From Marsupella aquatica (lineage: Eukaryota; Plantae; Marchantiophyta), in the NCBI GenBank assembly GCA_973895155.1, contig OZ316895.1, positions 21,216,558 to 21,280,557 of the forward strand: a stretch of 64,000 nt of DNA, read 5' to 3'. Position 1 is the stretch's first letter. The number at the start of each line of letters is the position of its first letter. The position numbers and the translations under genes were made by a program. The notes beneath the pieces are model-generated. The model was not told the origin of the DNA. It saw only the letters and a program-made list of their open reading frames with translations, and did no database searches. This document shows, one piece after another, positions 54,449-64,000 of the stretch.

Positions 54449-54577
54449 AAGGTCAACCAGTGAGACAGTGGGGGATAAGCTTCATTGTCGAGAGGGAAAC
54501 AGCCCAGATCACCAGCTAAGGCCCCTAAATGACCGCTAAGTGGTAAAGGAGGTAGGAGTGCAAAGACAGCCAGGAGG
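54449..54577 (+). pseudogene. rrn23: Plastid 23S rRNA fragment inserted in nuclear DNA (NUPT)
   Basis: ccagtgagacagtgggggataagcttcattgtcgagagggaaacagcccagatcaccagctaaggcccctaaatgaccgctaagtggtaaaggaggtaggagtgcaaagacagccaggagg is recognisable chloroplast 23S sequence, but only about 130 bp. Confidence 0.9.
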
Positions 54578-54980
54578 GTTATTAATTCGTTAATATAAAA
54601 TAACGATTTGAAAAATAACCCTTTCTTTTAAAACATATGAACTTTATTCCATTGCAATCCCACCTTATTCAGGAAGGTTTTTTATTATGATAACAAGCAT
54701 TCCCTTATTGCTTTCTATTCGATGGATTTCCATATTAAATGTTATGAGCAAGTCCATCCAAGCTTTGGTACATCCGGGCTTCAGTTTCCAATTTCCAGAA
54801 AATTTAACCTGACGGACAACTTGACTCCTTGCCGGGCAACTTGACGTAAAACTGTCAAATGACGGGCCAAAAAGACAATTTGACGCATATCCACACTGAT
54901 TCCCTAGCCATTCCCGGTTTTGCCCCGAACTCCCCGTACTCCCCCGGGCTAGTGAGCCAGTCCCCCGCTTCGGGATCGTG

Positions 54981-55140
54981 GCCGGCCGGGGTCGGGGTCG
55001 GGGTTGGGGTCGGGTCGGGTGGGTGGGGGGACCAGGCGAGGTCGGGGCTGGGCCGGGTCGAAAATGGTGGGGGACCGGGCGAGGTCGGGGCCGGGCCGGG
55101 TCGAGGGGCCGGGCAGGGCCGGGTCGGGGCTGGGGCCGGG
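54981..55140 (+). repeat. G-rich GGGNC/GGGGYC repeat upstream of QCR7 (potential G-quadruplex)
   Basis: Dense G3-G5 runs: ggggtcggggtcggggttggggtcgggtcgggtgggtggggg... Confidence 0.75.
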
Positions 55141-55330
55141 AATTTTCTTCTTATTAAAATCTGTAATAAACATTAATTAATTAACATGATTTGTTTGTCG
55201 TTGCGTTTCATTCAAAGAGTCCTCTGATTTCTTTCGACAATCCACTCGAAATCGAATCGAACTGAAATCCTTCCTCTTCAACATCGAAGACGGTGCTCAC
55301 GAACCATCGATCGACCGCTGAGCACCAGAA

Positions 55331-56796
55331 ATGGCGAAGTTCTTGAGCAAGCTGACGGAGCCGATGTGGAACTGGGCCTCACGTCGATACCAAGCTGCCG
55401 TCGCCAGAGAGCTGAAGAAGTATGGTATGTAGCTCTCGATCCATCCGTTTCCGTGAGATCCTGAGAGTGTCGGCAAGTAATTCGCCTTCTGTGTTGCGTT
55501 GCGACCATTTTTTCTGAGCCTGTGGGTGTTGATAGGCGTAGATCTGCTCTGCATACGAGGAATTCTTCCGGGTGTCGTTGCGACTCACATTTTAGGGTTC
55601 TGCTTGCGCAGTGTTCAATTGCATTGATTTAGTAGACGTTTGTGGAAATTGGAGTGTGATGAAAGAAAGGAGCAATGCCCAACAGAGGACCCTCGTTTCC
55701 TAGAGTTCTGCGTGTGCAGTGTTGAATTGGATGGCGAAACCTGATTTAATAGAGCTTCGTGGAAATTCGAGTGTGATAAAGCGATGAACAAACAGAGGAC
55801 CCCTCGTTTCTTAGGGTTCTGCTTTTGCAGTGTTCAATTGGTTGGGCGAAACCTGATTGAATACATCTTTGTGGAAATTCGAGTATGATGAAAGAAAGGA
55901 GCAATGAACAAACAGAGGACCCTCGTTCCTTAGGGTTCTGCGTGTGCAGTGTTCAATTGGATGGGCAAAACTTAATTCAATAGATCTATGCAAATTGGAG
56001 TATGATGAAAAAAAGGAGCAATGCACTAACAGAGAGCAGAGATTGCTTGTTGTTCTGGCAACAAAGACGCGTGGTCTCAAGTTTCTAAGCACTTTTGGGC
56101 GCCTTGTTGTACATACCGTCAGGCTTGAGGTATGATGATCTCTTCGACGAGATGTACGATGTCGACATCCAGGAAGCTCTGTCACGGTTGCCAAGGTCCG
56201 TCGTCGATGCCCGAAGTGCCCGAATCAAGAGGGCAATGGATTGTTCGATGAAGCACGTCTATCTGCCCAAGGATCTACAGGTTTGGAACTTCTACCCAAT
56301 TTTTGGTGTTATAAAGGGTGAATCGTATGCTTTTATTAAAAAATTATCCAAGGTGGTTATTGATTTATTCTTCAAGGTTGTGTGAATTTATGACAACATG
56401 CAGAATGTTCAACCATAGTAGAGTGGATTCTCACGATTTCAGCATCTCGTCTCCCGTTTTGCAGGCGAAACAGACTCCTTACGACTACTACTTGCAGGAC
56501 GCTTTGGATATGGTGAGTTTGTGCTCCTTTAGCTTTTTGCTACCCAGTAAACCAACCTAACTTTCCAGGAGAGACATTTTAAGTTCTCTGAGCGATATCG
56601 CCTTCAGTTGGTTTTCCTGACTTGGGCATAAGCTTTCGCGATTTCATCCCTTTCTTGGAACTACAGCAGACGTTTCTTTATGGGGCCTTCATGCTGTTTG
56701 TCCGTATGACGTTCTTTTGGTGCGTAGGTGAAACTGGAAAAGAAAGAGCGTACGGAATTGGGTTCAAGCTTGCCATACAACCGAGAAATACCATGA
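55331..56796 (+). CDS. QCR7: Cytochrome b-c1 complex subunit 7 (UQCRB/QCR7), 122 aa
   Basis: Exons 55331-55424, 56123-56280, 56465-56512, 56728-56796. YQAAVARELKKYGLRYDDLFDE...EALSRLP...ARSARIKRAMDCSMKHVYLP...LPYNREIP. Confidence 0.96.
55590..56035 (+). repeat. Tandem repeat of about 118 bp (3.5-4 copies) in QCR7 intron 1
   Basis: ttagggttctgc...gcagtgttcaattg...gtggaaatt(g/c)gagt(g/a)tgatgaaagaaaggagcaatg...aacagaggaccctcgtt recurs. Confidence 0.85.
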
Positions 56797-58689
56797 GGAA
56801 TTTGGAGCTTCAATTCCCACCTGAGCCCGTACAGTGACCGGAACAATCATATTTTTACTTCTGTTCAAAGCACATTTTTTCTCTGAGGACGAATTGGTAG
56901 AGACAGTATATATAAGTCTTGTTAGAAGTAGCTTAGAAATGTGGATTCCATGGTTGATAGCTGGCCTCAATTTCTGTTCCGGTACCCACGAAGCTAAAAA
57001 TGGATGAGCTTGATTTGTCAGCCATTCAAATGGATCAGTGTCAACTATCAATTTATACATATTTCTAAAATTCCCTTAGATGGAGAAATCCCCTTTGCTG
57101 CAGGACATGATTGTAGTTTCTCGCTTTTGGACAATTTGCAACGTCCTCTTTCTTGTCAGGAGTAGAATTTTCTAAGGTAGATATGGATCTATGTCCTTGT
57201 TGAAGAAGACCAGGAAGTCTACGTATTAGGCCAACTCAGCGTAGGGGATCAGTCGCTTCCACATCCCTTACCGATTTAGTGCTGCGTGTGAATGTGAGCA
57301 AGGCTATTTCATCACACACAAATGGCTATCAGCGCATATCCTTTGGATTAAGTGAGCGGCCTTGATACAAATGTGAGGTTAATATTCTTTCAGGAGATGC
57401 AAGGGATTCAGAGGACTCAAGGCCTGAGTCCCAAAACTTAGAATGGCCATTTTTACTTCATCCTTGACAGCATCTTCTCGGGCAACTTTGGTTTCAAGTG
57501 ATGCCACAGAATTAGCAAGGGCGCTGTTATATGTTTGTTTCATTCCTAAGGTAGTACTGGTCGGGGGATAAGTTGCGAGAATTGAGTGTTACATTGTGAT
57601 CTCGGATTCATCGTGATCACTGAAGACAGGGATTCGTGTATGTTCTTTGAGGGTTCGGTAATAAGCATCTAAAGATATAAGTGTGGACCAGAACTGAACG
57701 CGAAGTTGGAAGAGGACTGTGACTTTTCATTCTAATGATAAGTGCAAAAAAGTGAAAGATTCCTGATCAAAGTGGCACGTTATATGAGTTTCTAAGAGAC
57801 TTCGCAGGCCTTGCTGATGGTTTTGCAAAGGAAACATGCGAATGGTCTGCTGAAGCTGCAGAATCCTATCTCCGGCAAGGATTTGCCTGTGATTCTCTTC
57901 AGCAACGTTGTGGAGCAGTGGATGCGCCTGCTACAGAGGGTTGAATGTAACTTTATCACAAAACTGGTCGGGTGTCTAATGGAGTCCAATGATTAGTGTT
58001 TGCGTCATGTGAGTGTCTGGTATGGTAATTTCACTTCCCCGTCGCAATAAAGGAATTTTGGGAACAAACAAGGAACGAGGCAAGGTTTTGCTAAAAGGCT
58101 GTGTTTAAATGGAAATCCGGATCATTGGAGGGTATTTTTACAAAAGCTATGTTCTGAAATCTTTTTAAAATTACGATGCAAGACCTGAATCACGTGGTAT
58201 CTAACATCGTCTTCACCACATGGAGAGAGTAGGACATGGGGACACCTTAACATGAGTCACTCATCAAGACTGAAATGCCTTTTATCTTCATCTTCCGAAG
58301 GTATTTGTAGACTTGTAGTATCAAGGAGCCCATGGCGAAGACCAATTTTCATTGCCCCCGTCATTAGATGTGCTGTCAGATTGGTCTGTAGGTGACACTA
58401 AGAAAGGACAGAATGGATAGCAGAAGTATAACTTAGAGAAATCCAAAGGGTGTTTTAGCAGACATATAACATCCTTTGGATTCAGGTTCTATCCACACAG
58501 TAGGCAAAGGTAAACCTCTGAGGGGCAGGGTTAGCCTCAATTAAAAAAAACAGAGACCTCGAAGACGAGGCTCCGAGCTGCAGGGATTTCCCAATAGATG
58601 TAATGAAAGGATGTAAATTCTAAAGAGCCCTTTGCAAGGGGAATTGATTGCTGACACTTATAGTAAAAGCCAAGATCACCCAAGGTGAA

Positions 58690-60086
58690 TCATTCGATCT
58701 CGTCCTCATTATCACCACCGAAGGAAAGGAGGGATACCTTGGCTTTCTTCCTTTTGGGCTCGAGAGATTGATGTCCGTCGCTTTTGGAAACAACTTCTAC
58801 TCCTATTCTATTTTCTAGGTCCCCAGAGTGACTCTTTCCGTTCCGAACTTCCTCAATTTGTGTCTCTGGTATTGTGCAGGGTCGCTCTGGTACTAAGATC
58901 GGCCCGACCGCATCAGCTGTTTCTGCTCCTTGGCTTTGTAGCTCAGCAGGTCTCTCTGGTACAGTGATAGGCCTGCCCTCCTCAACTTCTTCACCTGCTG
59001 CTTCATCCCTCCCAGAAGAGAGCTTTTCCTTTTCCTTGTTCTTAGTTCGACGGGCATTTCTCTCCTGTTCGGCTTCTCTGATAAGGGTTTTGAAGCTTTC
59101 GTCATGGGCCAGGTCGATGGGCATTTTCCCGGCCTTGTTCTCAGTGGACAAGTTCGCTCCCTTCCTGATTAAGAGCTGCGCGAGCTCCTCTCTTTTCCCT
59201 TGCACTGCAAAGTGAAGAGCCGTCATACCCTTCCGATTCCTGGCATTCACATACGCTCCCGATGCGAGAAGAATGCGCACCGCCTCAGTGTGCCCCTTCT
59301 GGCATGCGAAGTGGATGGCTGCCATGTCGTCCATTGCAGCTGCCCCAACATCCGCACTTGCATCGCAGAGTAGTTTCACCACTTCCGCTTGCCCTGCCCA
59401 TGCTGCCAAATGGAGTCTTGCTTAATTCGTCAAGGACAATTTTCACATCTCAGAAAATTACTCTCCTCTATAAGACATTCCTAAAACCCTAAACACCACT
59501 CAGCCGAACAGGACATGCATAAGGCTGATAATGAGGAAGAGGGAAAAACCCAATAACGAGGACGAAAGGATGATTTTATTCAATAGCCATGGTAATTTAA
59601 GTAGAGAGGTACATTGCACTCTAGGCAACCTCAAAAGTAGGTGCAGAACCAAACAATAAAACCCCTAATTCTACAATTTCTATGCACATTGGACAAGAAT
59701 GTTAGGAGAAACGAGGGCTTCAGGGAATGAAGGAGACGTACACAAGCTTGAGTCCAGAACCGCATTGCAAATTCATCTGTTTTTCTCGAAAATCTCTATA
59801 AGAGCGACGAAGACAATGGAATCCGAAGGCAGGAGCAGTGCATCGCCTCTTGCTGTGTAGAATCAGAAGATGCAGAAGAACCAGAAGAAGAAGAAGAAGA
59901 AGAAGAAGAAGAAGAAGAAAAATGCGGAAGTGGCAGCAGTAGCAGTAAACGAGGATACGGCGTGCGAGACAGTCGGTCGCGGGCATTCCGAGCCTCTGGA
60001 TCCGCGGCCAAGTATCGGCGCACTGCTTCAACGTTTCCTTCCCGCGCAGCCTCGTGAAACGAAGTGTCCACGGCACCTTCCGCCAT
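58690..60086 (-). CDS. Ankyrin-repeat protein with charged C-terminal tail and NLS-like KRKK
   Basis: Exon 1 60086-59959 (MAEGAVDTSFHEAAREGNVEAVRRYL...DRLSRTP), exon 2 59416-58690 (LHLAAWAGQ..., AIHFACQKGH, GMTALHFAVQG, GKMPIDLA). Confidence 0.9.
59417..59958 (-). other. U12-type (minor spliceosome) GT-AG intron
   Basis: 5' splice site GTATCCTC; branch sequence TCCTTGAC with A about 13 nt from the 3' AG; no polypyrimidine tract; splicing restores TPLHLAA. Confidence 0.85.
59883..59919 (+). repeat. (GAA)n microsatellite within the U12 intron
   Basis: About 12 agaagaaga-type units. Confidence 0.95.
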
Positions 60087-60527
60087 CGCCCGGGAGCTCC
60101 AAATGCTCCTGGGAGCTGCAATTCTACGAATCGCCCTTCTCACCACCACTGCACTAATATATTACTCGGGACAGATTTTGTCGGCTCAGGTCCAAGAAGA
60201 GTTTAGAGAGCTTCTTCCGTCCTCCACGAATTCGCCATCCACGCCGTGAACAGCTCGAATTCCTCGTGCTGAAATTTGTGGCTCGAAACTGTTATGGTTT
60301 ACTTCTTCTCACTGCATTTTTTCAATTTTCTTGCTACTTCTCACTGCTTTTCGCGGCCCATGTCCCGAAACAATTTAGAGAGCTTCTTAAGTCCTCCACG
60401 AATTCGCCATCCACACCTCGAATTCCTCGGGCTGACCTTGGTGACTCAAATCCCAAAAAACTGCATGTGCGAATTCGGTCCTCCTCTGCTCAAACCCTCT
60501 CACTTTTCTCGAATAGAGTAGTGCTGT

Positions 60528-61020
60528 TGGAATTCACGGACTTGAAGTGAGCCAAGAATTCGAAGCTTTTGTTATTGTCATTAGAATGCACGCACTTGAC
60601 TTGAGCCAATAATTCGAAGCTTTTGTTAGTGTCATTAGAGTTCACCGCACTTGAATTGAGCCTATAATTGAGAGCTTTTGTTATGGTCATTAGAATTCAT
60701 GCACTTGAATTGAGCCAATAATTCGAAGCTTTTGTTTAGTGTCATTAGAATTCACGCACTTGAATTGAGCCAATAATTCGAAGCTTTTGTTAGTGTCATT
60801 GGAATTCATGCACTTGAAGTGAGCCAATAATTCGAAGCTTTTGTTATTGTCATTGGAATTCATGCACTTGAATTGAGCCAATAATTCTAAGCATTTGTTA
60901 GTGTAGTTAGAGTTCATGCACTTGAATTGAGCCAATAATTCGAAGTTTTGTTATGGTCATTAGAATTCACGCACTTGAAGTTTGCATTCACGCACTTGAA
61001 GTGAAGTGAACTGAGCCAAG
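60528..61020. repeat. 54-bp minisatellite, about 8.5 copies
   Basis: cttgaattgagccaataattcgaagcttttgttagtgtcattagaattcatgca units start at 60541, 60595, 60650, 60704, 60759, 60813, 60867, 60921 and 60974. Confidence 0.95.
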
Positions 61021-61294
61021 AAATTTTCGTTATCCATTTAAATTCACACACTTTTTTTGCCTTGAAAAAACAAATTGAAAGTTATTCAAAAAGCCAACAT
61101 ACAACATGGGTGGCCGACAAAAGGGGGTCGGCACTTGGGGTGGACCGGAGGTCGTGGTGCCCAAAAGCGGGAGAGGCCAGAACCAGGAGAGAAGCAATTC
61201 ACTCACTTGAAGTGATTTTTTGGACCGGAATAAAAAAGAATATGAAGAACAACAATTGGCATCAGCCAAGTGAGCCAAAAATTTAATTTAATTT

Positions 61295-61390
61295 GATTTA
61301 AGGGGAAATCTATGAAACCCCACAGAAAAAGGGATCAGTAAGTCACAACTTTTGAACCCAATACCTATGAGTGAGCTACCACACAACCAT
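61295..61390 (-). mobile_element. Dispersed repeat with tRNA/SINE-like head (copy 2)
   Basis: Similar to 37910-38030; minus strand TGGTAGCTCA...GGGTTCAAA. Confidence 0.4.
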
Positions 61391-62439
61391 GACTCTGTGG
61401 ACAAGAATTTAAATTTTTGAGTTGGACCAAAGTGAATTGGTTTTTTTTTTGTCCCCAATCTACATCTACACTTGTCATAATATGAAGGCCAAAAAAAGTA
61501 AAATAACTTTCTCTCCATGTGAATCATGCAACCCACTTAGACCAACTGCCCCAAACATTCTTACCCAAGTCTGTCTTGCCCTCCCCATACTTGCCCTCCC
61601 TAACAACATCATTTTCACAACAACAACAGAAACTAAAATGATAACATTGTTGCACCAACAACCATGGACCTGAATGACACTTCTGTAACCATAACATGAT
61701 TACACAAATAACATGGCTAGAACAACAACACTTTCAACAATCACAAGGCTACCATATATGACGACCCAATTGAAAAGACAATGGACTTTCAAAACCATGA
61801 CATAGCAATAGTGACATCCCAATCATTAGCACAACACAGTCGCAACGATAATTGTGCCCAGATAGACCTCTATGTTTGTCACGATGCTCCCATGAATTGT
61901 TGCAACTCAAATTGGACTGCATTTTACTCACAACCTCATGGGGAATATTCCTAATTAGTCCATCCCCATTGCGTGGGAGCATCCTTGTCAGCATTTTTTT
62001 AGTGGGGAAAACTCCCCAATATGACAATATCCATCTCCCCAAAAAGCATTAGCCCTTTTTGGCAAAAATTTGCTAGAATTTATCTGTCTCATTAGCCAAA
62101 GTTCCACCTAATCACAGGTCCCAAGCCCGAATCTAACTGTCATCCTTAAATCTAGGGAGATTTATTCTCCACTCTAGCTAAAAAGTAAAAACCTTAAAAA
62201 AGGAACTGATCCTTGTCCTACTTGTCTTGACTATGCAAGTCTAAAAAACTATTTTAGGGCTCATATTCATCAAGTTATGTACCCCAAACTCCCATGGGAC
62301 CACCAAAAAATGGTACAGGGTAGTAGTGTGTGTCAAACATGGTGGTCCATCCTGGCTTCAGATTTTCCTAAATAACTGGTAAGTCCCCTTAGTGTGGAGA
62401 ATACAACAATGCTGAGCTGAAAGGCGACAGCATCCACCA

Positions 62440-62862
62440 GCTTCCCGAGAAGGAAGGTGGGTAGGAGGATGCTTAGTGCAGGTGCATTCTTTGCTCGCCT
62501 CCTTCCGAGTGAATTTCTCGTGCCACCAGCTCAGGAAGTCTTTTGTCTACATCAATTTCTGCCGCTTTAGAGCTAAAAACGAGCTCAATAGAGCCGAGAT
62601 TGGTTGACCATTGGTGCATGATTGTATTTCCTTTGGCCCGGTCGAAAAATGGATACGAAAGGACTGAAAGCTTGTCAAATTGGTAACCACAATCCTTCGA
62701 CAGTTTGTGGGACATACGGCATCCGCCTTGTCTGCCCATCTCACTATAAAGAGTGCGGCATGATTCTCGAAGTTCACTAAGAGCTCGGATTTGTGATAAA
62801 ATCATTTTGAGTCTTGGCTTGTGAGTTATATAATCTGGAAACGAAAGTTCAATCCTGCTATC
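62440..62862 (+). promoter_or_regulatory. Promoter/5' region of FNO-like copy C
   Basis: TATAAA at 62745-62750 and TTGACC at 62604-62609, positionally conserved with copies A and B (B: TATA 52095-52100, W-box 52194-52199). Confidence 0.65.
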
Positions 62863-63961
62863 ATGGCCGCTGAGAAGTTGAAGGGTTTGACAATCTCGGT
62901 CCTCCCAGGCACCGGGAACATTAGTAAGCCTTTGGTGAACAGGCTGGCTTTTGCTGGTTTTTCTGTCATCTTGGGGTCCCGGGATGCTGCCAAGGCGGAA
63001 GCAGCTGCGGCAGAGGTCTCAGAAGCTATTAAGAAGCCTGTCAAGGGCCTCGCATTAGAGGAAGCTGCTGCAGCTGGAGACGTCATTATCTGGGCAGTTT
63101 CGGTAATTATTCTCCTCTGTCTATTCGGCTCAAGGGCAACTAGTTAATTTATCAATCTGGTTTGTGAAATGTGGATTCTGACATAGAAGGTCCTTGGGGG
63201 AACGAAGGGCTTGCACATAGCCTGATTGCATGAACGAGAGAGAAAATAGTCTACTGACACGCAAAAATGGTCTTGCAAGTTGTGAGAGTTTCGCTGAACA
63301 CTGAATGTAAGTTGGTTGCAAGCAGCAAAGGTAATATTCGAGTAGTTCGTGTGGGCATCTTTTCAGAAATCCCGTTTACAGTTGAAATCAGTACTTCTTG
63401 TCTATTACTACGATGTCGTTTCCAGTTGGTGTGTGATTTTCGCTGCCAGCCTCTTGTATTGCGTACGCTCATTTGGACGTCCCTTTCGTGCCTCCAACTC
63501 ACCTCTTCAGCATGGATTTAGATAGTTCGTGGCATATGGGTTAGATCGCTGAATTACTATGCTCCTGGACCTTTCTCTGATAGTCAGCGGTTTGCATTGT
63601 CGTCTGCATTTCCTGTAAATTGGATGCCTGCTGAGTGTCGTCCCGTTCACTGACTCTCATGTAGTAGGGCTTTAGACTTCGATTTGGATAACTAAAAGTA
63701 CGGTCCCCCTTTGGTCGACTTCTTCGACACTTGATTTGAGTCAACAAACGAGATTGTGCGCTGCAGGGTCCTCTCGCGGAACGGGAGGCACTGTTGAAAT
63801 CACTTGCCAAACCCTTGGAAGGGAAAATCATTATTGACGCGACGAATATACTTTATTTGGTGGACGAGAGTGCATGGGGACAGGTTTCGTCGACCCTGTT
63901 GAACCAAGAAGCGTTGGGTGTTTCTGCTCGATGGACTACTGCCTTCAAACATGTTTTCGCC
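62863..63961 (+). CDS. FNO/NpdG-like oxidoreductase, copy C, 3'-partial (exon 3 beyond window)
   Basis: Exon 1 62863-63102 (240 nt) and exon 2 63767-63961 (195 nt), the same sizes and phases as copy B. MAAEKLKGLTISVLPGTGNISKPL...KIIIDATNIL...TAFKHVFA. Confidence 0.85.
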
Positions 63962-64000
63962 GTGAGCACGTCTGCCCTCTCCACAAAATAGCTATAGAAA

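Noticed and set aside
54449-54577. Functional rRNA gene
   Set aside because: Only about 130 bp of plastid 23S in a nuclear context; treated as a NUPT.
60528-61020. CRISPR-like array
   Set aside because: Units are contiguous with no unique spacers, the context is eukaryotic, and there are no cas genes.
50211-63961. Bacterial contamination explaining the FNO-like genes
   Set aside because: The copies carry canonical spliceosomal introns and TATA boxes and are interleaved with plant QCR7 and ankyrin genes.

Overview
Eukaryotic nuclear DNA from a land plant, probably a bryophyte-grade species (inferred from gene content, spliceosomal introns and a plastid-derived fragment; the species cannot be fixed from sequence alone). 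Intron-containing genes, left to right: 3' half of a VPS13M-type lipid transfer gene (+), an uncharacterised coiled-coil gene (-), a BAR-SH3 (SH3P) gene (-), hyccin/FAM126 (+), QCR7 (+) and an ankyrin-repeat gene with a U12-type intron (-). The most notable element is a local family of three intron-bearing or truncated genes resembling prokaryotic F420H2:NADP+ oxidoreductase (FNO/NpdG). It comprises one truncated copy, one complete 225-aa copy and an inverted copy running off the window end, all sharing a TATA/W-box promoter module. Intergenic DNA holds a cytochrome P450 pseudogene, a restriction-like-endonuclease retrotransposon 3' end, a fold-back element, a mosaic plastid insertion, an unexplained GC-rich island inside inverted repeats, and many tandem repeats. 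All coordinates were read by eye.
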